64,000 nucleotides of DNA from Thecamonas trahens ATCC 50062 (Eukaryota > Protista > Apusomonadida), in assembly GCF_000142905.1 (NCBI RefSeq), contig NW_013657648.1, positions 202,922 to 266,921 on the forward strand, written 5' to 3'. Numbering within the stretch: the first letter of the stretch is position 1; every line of letters starts with the position of its first letter. Both the position numbers and the translations under genes were made by a program. Shown in pieces: positions 22,349-32,402 of the stretch. The notes under the pieces are model-generated. The model was not told where the DNA came from. It saw nothing but the letters and a program-made list of their open reading frames with translations, and did not search any database.

Positions 22349-25040
22349 TCGCACCCCCGCCGGGGCTCAGTACCTCGGCTGACGGCTCATACCCCAGCAG
22401 CAGCCCGTACCGCGCCATGTCCTCTTCTAGTCCGCGCTGCATAAACTCGAGCGGCCCGCCAGGAACTATCCCCAACCCGGTCTCCGGCATGCTCTCTAGC
22501 GCGTCGTGGACAGGCGCCGGCGAGCCAACAGGCGGGAGCTTGGCTAGCGCGTTGAGTGCCGACGGGCTCGATGGTGACAGCGGCGCCAGCCGCGAGCCGT
22601 GCCGCCGCGCCACCGGCGAGAGTGGCGCTCTGCCTCCTCCGCTCACTGAACCTGGACTTGACGCGCTCGGCGAGCCTTGCCGCGCCATCGGGCTGGCCGG
22701 CGACGCAAGCGCCGCGTACCGAGCCCGCGACACAGATGCTGCTGATCGCGTCGCCCGCTCGGCGTGCTCTTTGCTCAGCTGCGAGCGGAGCGAGCGGAGC
22801 TGTGCCATTTGCGCCGACGAAGCCGCCGCCGCCTCGTCCTCCAGCATCCTGGTGCGCTGCGCGTCCTCCAACCGAGCCATAAGCAGCGGAGCACGGGTGT
22901 TAGGCCGCGGCATGGCCGGTGCGCCCGCCCGGGCATGTGCAGGCTGCGGACGCCGGTCAAGATTCATCGTCGCCCGGCCAGGGCGCCAGGGGTCGGCTAG
23001 CGCCGCGCCTGGCGCCCGCACCGCCGCCAGGGCCCGCCCGTTGGCCAGATTCGGACTTGCCATCAGTGGCGCCATCCGGTAGTCGGGCGAGGGCGAGCGG
23101 CTGGCTTGCTCGCGGGAGCGTGCATCTGCCGCAGCTTGCTCGCGCGCCGGCCGGCGGGCTGGCGGAACGGGAGATGGCGACGGCGACGGCGATGGCGATG
23201 GCGATGACGGAGCCGGGCGCCGCGCGGGCGGTTCTTGCTCGGCTGGCCGCTGTACAGTTGGCAGGTACGATGCGTCGCGCTGCTTTTCGCGCTGCAGGTC
23301 GGCAAGCTGGCGCTGGAGGCGTGCCGACTCGCGGGCTTCTGCGGCAGCCTCGGTCGCGGCCTCGGCCTCGCGGCGGGCCTTACGCTCCTCGATCTGGGCG
23401 CGGAGTGCAGCCTGGTGCTCGGTCTGGGCGTCGGCGCGGACCTGGGCCTTGTCAGCCGGATTGAGAGCCTCAAACTGGGCATACGACGATGGGCGTGCGG
23501 ACGGGGTGGCGGCGGCACCGGTCGCCTGCGTGTTGTTGCGGGGCATGTTCGGCGGCAGCGGCTCGCCGTGCGCGAGCGAGGTCGCAACTCGAGCGAGCTG
23601 CTTCTCCTCGACGTCGCGTTCGTACATCTCCTGTATTTCGGCCTGGATGCGAGCGAGATCACGCTGATCCTCCTCGCGGCGGCGGTCCTTCTCCAGCTCC
23701 TTGGCGAGGCGCTTCATCTCAATCTGCTGCAAGAGCTCGGCCTGCGACTCGCGCTCGCGCTGCCGGCGGCGGCGCTGGTCGTCGGTGTCATCAAAGGCGC
23801 CAGCGGTGGAGAACCGTGACGCCCGCATCGACTGCTCGCGGATCTCGGTCCTCAACAGTGAGGCCTTTTGCGAGGCATGGGCTTGCTCCGACTCGATGAG
23901 GCGAGCAAGGTGCGAGCTGGTGTCGGGAGCAGCCCGGCGCTCAGGCGAGGCATACCAGGCCGGCCGGCTCGGGCCGCCGGAGCCGGACGCTTCACCACGA
24001 GTGATAAGCGAGTCGGCGTTGCGGAGGTTGGAGACTACCTGGCCGGACGTGGTGTCACGGAGCGGCGAGCCGCCACCACCCTTGGTCGGCGAGCGCGAGG
24101 CGGCGGCGGCCGACGAAGCAAAGAGCGGTGGAACGCCACCGGCGTCGACACCGGCAAGCGTTACGCTTGACCGTCCGCGGAGCGGTGAGTGCCCACCTGA
24201 AGCGTCACCGGCAGACATGTACGAGTTGATGTCTGCCTCGAGGCGGGCATCGTCGGCCTGGAGGCGGCGAGCCTCGGCCTCCTTCCGCTGGCGGTTCTCC
24301 TCCATCTGCGCCTCCAGCGTGCGGCGGTAAGCAGCTTGCTTGGCCTTCTCCGCCGGCGAGCGCGGGAGCGACGAGATTCGCCGGTGGGCGCCGACAACAG
24401 CGTCCGCCCGCGCAGCATGGTCAGCGTCCATCGAGTTGTTGAGCGGCGAGAGCTCCGACTCGGTGTTGGAGGTCACATGGCCCGAAGTCCGTGAGCGGGC
24501 AGCCGAGGTGGCAAGCGGATCAAGCGAGGCCACCAGCTCCTGCCGCCGTCCGCGCTCACTGGGCGAGCCGAGTGCGCCCCGGTTTCGGCGGCCTACATCG
24601 TGACGATGGCCGACCCGGGCGAGCTGCTCGCCAAGCGAAGGCCGAACAGGCGATAGCGGGCCGGCAGGAGCCAGCGGCGGCCGGGTGCTGTCCGGTGCAC
24701 CAAAGAGCTTCCGCGAGACGACCTCGTGCTCGAGCTGGGCCTTCCTCGGGTTGAGCGCATCGACCGGATGGATCGCTCCGCCTCCCGCGGCCTTTTGGGC
24801 GCGCAGGGCACGTAGCGTGCGCGAGACAACAGCAGCCTCGTGCTCACGAACGTAGACAGAAGCAGCAGTGGAGCGGCCGCCCGAGCGGACAGCTTCTGGA
24901 GAGGTCCGTGCCGTCCGGATCTGCGCATCGAGCGCCGAGGCATAGGCTCGCGGGTTGGGCGGCGGGAGGGCCGACGACGGCGTGTTGGCGGACAATCGTG
25001 CGGCGACCACCCCATACCGCGGGGTATAGCCACGAGGCAT
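22335..25040 (-). CDS. Coiled-coil centrosomal/ciliary protein, CSPP1/CCDC66-like
   Basis: Three repeats of the Y/H...L..Q(M/I)EE(K/R)..(K/R)E type coil; GGGGSPLRDTTSGQVVSNL resembles the CSPP1 GGGGAPLRD..G.LI..L motif; start uncertain. Confidence 0.6.
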   Translation of the reverse strand: MPRGYTPRYGVVAARLSANTPSSALPPPNPRAYASALDAQIRTARTSPEAVRSGGRSTAASVYVREHEAAVVSRTLRALRAQKAAGGGAIHPVDALNPRKAQLEHEVVSRKLFGAPDSTRPPLAPAGPLSPVRPSLGEQLARVGHRHDVGRRNRGALGSPSERGRRQELVASLDPLATSAARSRTSGHVTSNTESELSPLNNSMDADHAARADAVVGAHRRISSLPRSPAEKAKQAAYRRTLEAQMEENRQRKEAEARRLQADDARLEADINSYMSAGDASGGHSPLRGRSSVTLAGVDAGGVPPLFASSAAAASRSPTKGGGGSPLRDTTSGQVVSNLRNADSLITRGEASGSGGPSRPAWYASPERRAAPDTSSHLARLIESEQAHASQKASLLRTEIREQSMRASRFSTAGAFDDTDDQRRRRQRERESQAELLQQIEMKRLAKELEKDRRREEDQRDLARIQAEIQEMYERDVEEKQLARVATSLAHGEPLPPNMPRNNTQATGAAATPSARPSSYAQFEALNPADKAQVRADAQTEHQAALRAQIEERKARREAEAATEAAAEARESARLQRQLADLQREKQRDASYLPTVQRPAEQEPPARRPAPSSPSPSPSPSPSPVPPARRPAREQAAADARSREQASRSPSPDYRMAPLMASPNLANGRALAAVRAPGAALADPWRPGRATMNLDRRPQPAHARAGAPAMPRPNTRAPLLMARLEDAQRTRMLEDEAAAASSAQMAQLRSLRSQLSKEHAERATRSAASVSRARYAALASPASPMARQGSPSASSPGSVSGGGRAPLSPVARRHGSRLAPLSPSSPSALNALAKLPPVGSPAPVHDALESMPETGLGIVPGGPLEFMQRGLEEDMARYGLLLGYEPSAEVLSPGGGATTPL

Positions 25041-25643
25041 AGAGCCAAGACGGATGTGAAGGTGGTGTTTGGGAGAGGGAGGGGAGGAGGGGAGGAGTGG
25101 CGCGCCAACGGACGGACGAATCATGTTGGAAGTTCGGGGAAGGGGGGGGGGGGGGGCATTGGCCACTCGTTGAACACATTGAACACATGGAATATTTGGG
25201 AATGGCATTGCTTGCAGTTGTATGTATGGGTAGAGGGGGGGGGGGGGGGGGGGATGATTTGCTGTACGTGTGTTTGTATGTATGTGTGTGAAGGTGGGAG
25301 AAGATCAAGTACCAGGTTCGACAATGGTGGTGATGGGCCGGCGTCCAACACGATCACACTCCCCAGCACCGCTTTGATCTCTCCAGACTGATCCGTGCCA
25401 GCTTTATGCTTGTGAGAGGATGGGCGGCGGGCGTGGATGAAGGACATACATGCCCGCCTACCTCCTGAGCCTGGCAAGCTCACCATCGACTGAATGACTT
25501 TGGACCGACTTTCGACACACGCACGCGCACGCACTTGACCACAACTCCACACACACACACACACACACACATACACACACACACATACACACACATACAC
25601 ACACACATACACACACGCACACATACTGCACCTTCTCGCTCAC

Positions 25644-27431
25644 ATGGACTACACAGCAACGTGGTCGCCCGAGGTGGTGAGCGGGGACGAGGCAGTGTAC
25701 CCACGGCGACTGACGGGCGACAACCTGGCGGCGCCCTTTGGCTTTGATGCCTCTGCCTCTGGCGTGGCTCCGTCGATGGCAGCTTCGGGTCCTCGTCTGT
25801 TTCGGACGGTCGGAGAGGAATCGAGTGCTGGCCTGCAAGCACTGAGTTCTGGCTCGCATACAGGACTTGTCCGTCGCGGCACGTCGACGCCATCGGCGAG
25901 CAGGCAGACCGAGTACAGCCTGTGGATGGTGGGGCCGATCAACCCGTATGCGTCATCGGGAGCGGCCGAGTACATGGCCTCGTCGCTGCGATCGGGCCTC
26001 TTCTCGTCGATCCCGGACTCGGATCGCCAGAGCGATGGCTTTGACGATCCCATTGCGGCGGCCAAGCCGCTGCTCCACTCGTGTGGCTCGGACGACTACG
26101 CCTCGCTGCACTCGCTCAACAGCGACATGCCGGCGGCGGCATGTGAGGCTGGCGGCATGTGCGAGAGTAGCCCGACGATCTCTATCCCGACGGCTGCGGC
26201 GCTGCTGGCGCAGACATGTCTGGGTGCGGGCGCGCTTGCCATTCCGTACGCGTTCATGACGACCGGACTCGGGCTGGGCATGGCGTTGATCGTCTTTGTA
26301 GGCATGCTTTCGGTCTTCTCCTTCCACATCCTCGGCGAGTCGCGCGACGCGTCGGGAGAGCACTCGTATCCGGACATTGCGTACTACTTTTACGGGACGC
26401 GGGCGCTGGTGGCGGTCCAGGCCTCGCTGCTCTGCGTCCTGCTTGGAGGCATCATCGCGTACGCCATTCTCATCGGCGACTCGCTGCATCCGGTTGTCGT
26501 GCACTACACCGACTACAACGGTGCCGCAGTGAGCGAGCACGCGCTCCTGGCGTACATGATGGTGCTCATCTTCCCGCTGACGCTGGCAACATCGTTGCGG
26601 CCGCTGAGGCATACAACGTACCTTGCGCTCGTCTGCCTCGTTTACTTGCTCTTTGTCATTGCGCTACGCTTTGGCCAGCAGGCGATGTCACGCGAGCTGA
26701 GCGTCAAGGTCATCCAACATAGCAATCACCCCAGCGCGGCGGCGGTCGCTGCTGCTGTGCCCAAGGAGCTGGTCATGGTCTCGGTCATCAATGGCTCGGT
26801 CCGGGTCCTCCTTGGCGTGCCGATCTTTATGGCAGCCTTTCTTGCTCAGTTTAACGTCGTTGCCGTCCGCGACAGCCTGGAGCGTCCGACGCCGGCCCGC
26901 TTTGCCGCTGTCTCGATCAGCGCGATCGCCGGGGCTGGCATCTTTTACTGCGGCTTTGGCCTCCTCGGCTACCTATCGTACGGGACCGAGGTCCGCGGTG
27001 ATCTCCTCAACAACTACTCGGCGTCGGACATCTACGTCAACCTCGGTCGTGTAGCCCTCACCGTTGTCCTCGCCTGCACCTACCCACTGGTCTTCCTCCC
27101 GCTCCGCGAGACAACGCTCGGGCTGATTGTTACCCACGTCTGGGCATCTGCGCCGGTTACCCGGCTCTGGTTCCGGATCATCGTCGTTCTTCTTCTCAAC
27201 GGTATCACCTACGGTGTCGCCTACCTCGCGCCAAACCTCTCTGCGGTCCTTGCGCTCGTCGGCGCCACATGCGGCAACCTCCTCGCCTTTATCCTCCCGG
27301 GCATGTTTGGCCTCAAAGCCTTTGCCACAGGTTCGGCCAAGCGCAAGGCCTCACTCGCTCTTGTTGTCTTTGGCGTAGTCATCGGCATCGCTGCCACTGC
27401 TGTCATCGCCGTCTATTGGAACGAAATGTGA
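25644..27431 (+). CDS. Amino-acid transporter, Aa_trans (SLC38/AVT-like) family
   Basis: CLGAGALAIPYAF, AFLAQFNV, FGLLGYLSYG, GDLLNNY, LVGATCG..LAFILPG; about 11 TM segments after a Ser-rich N-terminus. Confidence 0.92.
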   Translation: MDYTATWSPEVVSGDEAVYPRRLTGDNLAAPFGFDASASGVAPSMAASGPRLFRTVGEESSAGLQALSSGSHTGLVRRGTSTPSASRQTEYSLWMVGPINPYASSGAAEYMASSLRSGLFSSIPDSDRQSDGFDDPIAAAKPLLHSCGSDDYASLHSLNSDMPAAACEAGGMCESSPTISIPTAAALLAQTCLGAGALAIPYAFMTTGLGLGMALIVFVGMLSVFSFHILGESRDASGEHSYPDIAYYFYGTRALVAVQASLLCVLLGGIIAYAILIGDSLHPVVVHYTDYNGAAVSEHALLAYMMVLIFPLTLATSLRPLRHTTYLALVCLVYLLFVIALRFGQQAMSRELSVKVIQHSNHPSAAAVAAAVPKELVMVSVINGSVRVLLGVPIFMAAFLAQFNVVAVRDSLERPTPARFAAVSISAIAGAGIFYCGFGLLGYLSYGTEVRGDLLNNYSASDIYVNLGRVALTVVLACTYPLVFLPLRETTLGLIVTHVWASAPVTRLWFRIIVVLLLNGITYGVAYLAPNLSAVLALVGATCGNLLAFILPGMFGLKAFATGSAKRKASLALVVFGVVIGIAATAVIAVYWNEM

Positions 27432-27641
27432 CGGCCTCCTGTACAGCTGGCTCTGCTCCTGCTCCACCCCTGATCACCGCCTCCCTTTCCTCCCCTCTGA
27501 GTGCCCGAATCGTGCCCGATCCGCACCTTCCACCAAACGGCCACACCCCACCACCAGCACGCCCACACGCCCACACACACCACCACCACCACCACCACCA
27601 CCACCACCGCAACCACCACCACCACCGCAAGGCTGGAAAAG

Positions 27642-29978
27642 ATGGGAAACCAGGCGCTGTCCAAGTTTGCCTACACGGTGGAAGAGGTGGAATGGAGCGA
27701 CGGCGTGTGGAAGGTGGCGCCCGGACGGGCCAAGGCCGACGGCTCCGAGGTCACCGTCTTTATGGCCGACAAGCAAGGCGAAGCGAGCAGTGCTGTTGCT
27801 CTGGAGCTTGCCGAACGTGCTGCTCGGCGCCTGGCTGGTCTTCGCTATCCACACATGCTTGCCGTTGTCGAGGTCGTTGACTCGGCCTCGTCGCTCATCG
27901 TTGTCACTGAGCGCGTTCGCCCGCTTGCCGCCGTCCTCGGCGATGGCGATCTGCCGCCTGCCTGCAAGCTGATGGGCGTGTATGCGCTGGCATCGGCGCT
28001 CTCATTTATGCACGCCACCGCAGGCATGCTCCATGGCGGCATCGGCATCGACTCGGTCTTTGTCACGCCCGGCCTGGAGCTCCGCCTCGGCGGCCTGGCT
28101 TTCGCCACCCCACTCACTGATCCGTCCGAGCTGGGCGGAACCATGCAGCGGGCTTCTGCCGCGGGTTTTCTGCCATCGCTGGCGCCGTTCCGCGCGCCCG
28201 AGGTCCTGCGCGCCGAGTGGCGATCGGTCGGTACGCCTGCGGACGTCTTTGCCCTCGGCGGCATCATCGGGTGCATCTTTGCAGACCTGGCATCCGAGGT
28301 GGCGTCGTCAGACACGCTGCTGAGCGGCGAGGTAGTCCGCGCGCTGCCCCCAGCTCTCGCCAAAGTCCACCGGGCCATGCTTTCGGACGCGCCAGCGGCG
28401 CGGCCGACGGTGGCGCAGCTGGCGGCGCTGCCTGTGTTTGGCTCGGACCCGTTCGTGAGCCTCTCTCTGGCGCTCGACGAGCTGGCTGTGCAGGACGACC
28501 GGGCCAAGGCGCGGATCCTTGCGCGGCTCGACGCTGCGGTTGAGACTCTGCCGCTCGCGTTTTGCAAGTACAAAGCGGCGCCGGCGCTGGCACAGTCGAT
28601 CGAGTTTGGCGAGCCGTCGGCGGCAGTCCTCGCGCCGCTGGTCAAGATTGGCGGGCGACTGGACGAAGACGAGTTTGCCAAGCTCATTCTCCCGGCCGTC
28701 ATCAAGCTGTTCTCCGCCAACGACCGCGCAGTGAGGTCGTCCCTGCTGGAGAACCTCGGCTCCTTTGCCAAGCACCTGCCGGTGTCGGTGGTGAACTCCC
28801 AGATCTTTCCCGCCATTGAGAACGGGTTCATCGACCGATCGGCCCTGCTCCGCAAGCTTACGCTCAAGTCGTTGCTGCACCTGGTCGACAAGCTGAGCAC
28901 GAGCACGCTCGACTCCCGGGTGCTCAAGCACCTCGCGCGGCTGCAGCAGGACGAGACGCCGGGCATCCGCGCCAACACCACCATCTGCCTCGGCAAGATC
29001 GCCCCGCACCTCTCGCCTGGCATGCAGGCCAAGGCGCTCATTCCGGCGTTTACCCGCGCCATGCGGGACGACTTTGAGTGGTCACGTGTGGCCGGCGTCA
29101 AAGCCATGGTCGCCTCGCTCCCGCTCTTCGAGCCGACCATCCACGCCACCAAGATTCTGCCCTCGCTCGGTGTCCTCACTATCGACGGTGCAGCCAACGT
29201 CCGCAACGCTGCCTTTGCCGCCATCGACATTGTTGTCGCTAGCCTCAAGGACCACGCTGCAGGTTTGGACGCTGCCGCCGAGGCCTCGGCCGCCGCAGCA
29301 GCAGCCAACGGGGCAACTGCCATCGGCTCAGACCCGCAACCGTCGGGCTCGGGCTCGGGCTCCTCATGGTTCTCCTCGCTCAAGAGCATGGGCAAGAAGC
29401 TCGGCTCGCCAGCCCAGGTGAAGCAGGCTAAGCCCACTGCTCGCCCGGGAGCTGCCCGCCCAGCCGCTGCCCGCCCAGCCGCTGCCCGCCCAGCCGCTGC
29501 CCGCCCAGCCGCTGCCCGCCCAGCCGCTGCCCGCCCAGCCGCTGCCCGTCCGGCAGTTCAGTCGCAGCCCGCACCGTCACTCTCGCTCGCTGCGGCCACA
29601 GCCGCAGTCGACGATGACGACGACGGCGGTGGGTGGGGCGACTTGGAAGATGACGACGATGGATGGAACGCGTGGTCTGACGACGACGAAGCCGCCGCGC
29701 CGGTAGCCACCGCGAGCAAGGCTTCGGCCGTGGCAATGCCAGCGTCGGCGTCGGTCGCGGCAGCAGCACCAGCACCGGCACCGGCACCGGCACTGGCGCC
29801 AGCATCAGTCTCGCGATCGCTCTCGCTCTTTGACGCCATTGGAGCCGACAACGACGATGGCGACGACGATGACGACGACGGCGGCGGTGGATGGGACTGG
29901 GGAGACATGGATGACGATGACGACGATGACGACGACGACGGCCAGGCGATGCCGCCGATGGACCGCAAGCTCGACTGA
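27642..29978 (+). CDS. SCYL1: SCY1-like pseudokinase (SCYL1/Cex1 type)
   Basis: MGNQ myristoylation-type start; LRYPHML..VE, IVVTERVRPL, LRLGGL pseudokinase; HEAT region IKLF..NDRAVR..LL, IRANTTICLGKIA; acidic GW-D tail. Confidence 0.9.
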   Translation: MGNQALSKFAYTVEEVEWSDGVWKVAPGRAKADGSEVTVFMADKQGEASSAVALELAERAARRLAGLRYPHMLAVVEVVDSASSLIVVTERVRPLAAVLGDGDLPPACKLMGVYALASALSFMHATAGMLHGGIGIDSVFVTPGLELRLGGLAFATPLTDPSELGGTMQRASAAGFLPSLAPFRAPEVLRAEWRSVGTPADVFALGGIIGCIFADLASEVASSDTLLSGEVVRALPPALAKVHRAMLSDAPAARPTVAQLAALPVFGSDPFVSLSLALDELAVQDDRAKARILARLDAAVETLPLAFCKYKAAPALAQSIEFGEPSAAVLAPLVKIGGRLDEDEFAKLILPAVIKLFSANDRAVRSSLLENLGSFAKHLPVSVVNSQIFPAIENGFIDRSALLRKLTLKSLLHLVDKLSTSTLDSRVLKHLARLQQDETPGIRANTTICLGKIAPHLSPGMQAKALIPAFTRAMRDDFEWSRVAGVKAMVASLPLFEPTIHATKILPSLGVLTIDGAANVRNAAFAAIDIVVASLKDHAAGLDAAAEASAAAAAANGATAIGSDPQPSGSGSGSSWFSSLKSMGKKLGSPAQVKQAKPTARPGAARPAAARPAAARPAAARPAAARPAAARPAAARPAVQSQPAPSLSLAAATAAVDDDDDGGGWGDLEDDDDGWNAWSDDDEAAAPVATASKASAVAMPASASVAAAAPAPAPAPALAPASVSRSLSLFDAIGADNDDGDDDDDDGGGGWDWGDMDDDDDDDDDDGQAMPPMDRKLD
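29451..29551 (+). repeat. 15-bp coding minisatellite (GCTGCCCGCCCAGCC)n encoding (AARPA)n in SCYL1
   Basis: Six perfect copies plus a partial copy, read directly. Confidence 0.95.
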
Positions 29979-29989
29979 GGGTCACCCGC

Positions 29990-30357
29990 TCAGAGCGAGC
30001 CGACACGGTCGCGCGGAATGAGCCGCAGATCGCCGCCGTGCTTGAGGAAGACAGAGGCAGCAGACTGCGAGGGCAGGACGCCGACGCCGTCGTGGGTAAT
30101 GATGGCGGATGTGGCCGGCGGGACGCCAAACTGCTCCGCAGCGAACCGAGTGACAGCGGTAAACGGAGTCGACTCCTTGACCCGAAACACTTTGTACGGC
30201 AGCGACGGATCCGAGGTCAGCGTCACCTTGAACGACACCGTCTGCTCGGCCGGCTTGTCAGCGGATGCGGCCCTGTGGCAAGGATGGGTATGGGTGAGTG
30301 CAGGGTGGTCAGGAGAGGCACGTGGGGGGATGGAAGAGGACTACACATGGCGTACAT
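29990..30357 (-). CDS. UFM1: Ubiquitin-fold modifier 1; exons 30357-30356 (AT) and 30272-29990
   Basis: [64 protein letters not shown]; ATG rebuilt across a GTACGC...CAG intron. Confidence 0.95.
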
Positions 30358-30454
30358 GGTCGGTTGAAGAAGAAGGTGATACGAGAGGTGTGCTGGGGAT
30401 GGTCGAGAGCAGGAGAGGGAGAGAGAGGGGAGACGGGGGACCGTCTGTCCCTGA

Positions 30455-30599
30455 ATAACCGCATGTGAAATAATCGTTGAAAGATTAATCGCATATGACA
30501 TAATCGTTGAACGATTCACCGCATGTGACATAATCGTTGAACGATTAATCACATGTGAAATCATCGTTGAACGATTCACCGCATGTGAAATAATCGTTG
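30455..30599. repeat. AT-rich 30-bp tandem repeat, about 4.8 copies, with internal palindrome
   Basis: Unit approximately T(A/C)A(T/C)CGCATGTGA(A/C)ATAATCGTTGAACGAT; t(a/c)atcgttg recurs at 30471, 30501, 30531, 30561, 30591. Confidence 0.95.
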
Positions 30600-30724
30600 G
30601 CCACAGCAGAACGAATGGAAGACGCGCGCTCGTCACAATGCCGATCCTGCTGCCGGTATGCCAGAGGGCACCGCACAGAAAGAGCGTTACTCTCCACTCT
30701 CACCCGCACCAAGCACACAGGGTC

Positions 30725-32269
30725 ATGGGAGCCAACCAGGGCGTACGTGGACAGAGTGTTGGCTGGAGGGGATGGCCAAGGCGGCTGGAGTGGGGAGGGT
30801 CGCCTTGGGTGGGGGGAGGGGGAGGGGGGAGGAGGCCAAAGGGAAAAATGGGCGACAGGTCGCACTCGGAGCGGGTGGGGTGACGGAGGGGGATGGGGCA
30901 GGTGAGGAGGGGGAAGGGCATGGCTAACAGTCAAGGTGGTGTGTGTGGAGGGAGGTAGCGGCCGAATCAGGGAGGAAACAATGGGGATGGGGACAAGAAG
31001 GACGACGGGAAGAAGCGGTACCAGCCGCCGCCGCCGACGTCGATCGGCAAGAGGCGGAAGCGGCGGAAGGGCCCGGACGCGGCGTCTCGGCTGCCGACAG
31101 TGCGGCCGCAGAAGAAGTGCAAGCTAAGGCTGCTCAAGCTAGAGCGGGTGAAGGACTACTTGCTGCTGGAGGAGGAGTTCATCACCAACCAGGAGCGACT
31201 CAAGCCGGCGGAGAAGAAGAACGAGGAGGAGCGCGAGAAGGTGGAGGAGATCCGCGGTACGCCGCTCGGCGTGGGCTCGCTGGAGGAGGTCATCGACGAG
31301 AAGCACGCCATTGTGTCGTCGTCGGCCGGATCCGAGTACTATGTCAACATGATGTCGTTTGTCGACAAGGACGAACTCGAGCCCGGGGCATCCATCCTCC
31401 TCCACCACAAGACGCTCTCGGTGGTCGGCATTCTCTCGGACGAGGTGGATCCGATGGTGAGCGTGATGAAGGTCGACAAGGCGCCGACTGAGTCGTACGC
31501 CGACATTGGCGGTCTCGAGTCGCAGATCCAGGAGATCAAGGAGGCTGTCGAGCTCCCGCTCACCCGCCCTGAGCTGTACGAAGAGATCGGAATCAAGCCG
31601 CCTAAGGGCGTCATCCTGTACGGCGAGCCCGGAACCGGCAAGACGCTTCTCGCTCGCGCCGTGGCCAACCAGACCTCGGCAACCTTCCTCCGCGTCGTCG
31701 GCTCGGAGCTCATCCAGAAGTACCTCGGCGAGGGTCCCAAGCTCGTGCGCGAGCTCTTCCGTGTCGCCGAGGACAACGCGCCGTCCATCGTCTTTATCGA
31801 CGAGATCGACGCTGTCGGCTCCAAGCGCTACGACTCTACGTCCGGCGGCGAGAAGGAGATCCAGCGGACCATGCTCGAGCTGCTCAACCAGCTCGACGGG
31901 TTTGACGAGCGCGGTGACGTCAAGGTCATCATGGCCACCAACCGCATCAAGGCTCTCGACCCGGCCCTCATCCGCCCAGGCCGCATTGACCGCAAGATCG
32001 AGTTTACGCTTCCGTCCGCAAAGGTCCGCGCCTCCATCCTCGGCATCCAGACCCGCAACATGAACCTCGCCGACGATGTCGACCTTAACGTCATCGTCTC
32101 GTCGCGCGCAAAGATGTCCGGCGCCGACATCAAGGCCATCTGCACCGAGTCGGGCCTCCTTGCCCTTCGCGAGCGGCGCATGCGCGTCACCCAGGCAGAC
32201 TTTCTCAAGGCCATGGAGAACGTTCTCTACCGCAAGAAGGAGAACCTTCCCGAGGGCCTCTACCTCTAG
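30725..32269 (+). CDS. PSMC1: 26S proteasome AAA ATPase Rpt2; exon 1 30725-30742, exon 2 from 30959 (or 30971)
   Basis: MGANQG | GTACGT intron; [65 protein letters not shown]-terminal PEGLYL. Confidence 0.97.
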
Positions 32270-32402
32270 CCACAGCAGCAACTCCCAGCCTTTGGTCATG
32301 TAAAAGCAGAGGCGCCAGGCGTCGAGCCAAGCCAGGCCAGGCCAGACCGTGTTTGGCACCGCGGGCGAGCCACCAACACGGAACACTGCTCGCACTCGAA
32401 TC

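Noticed and set aside
30455-30599. CRISPR array
   Set aside because: Contiguous tandem units with no unique spacers, no cas genes, eukaryotic context.
30223-30636. ORF with 10-aa repeats (TIISHAVNRS)
   Set aside because: By-product of the 30-bp repeat period; atypical codon usage and overlaps the UFM1 first exon and intron.
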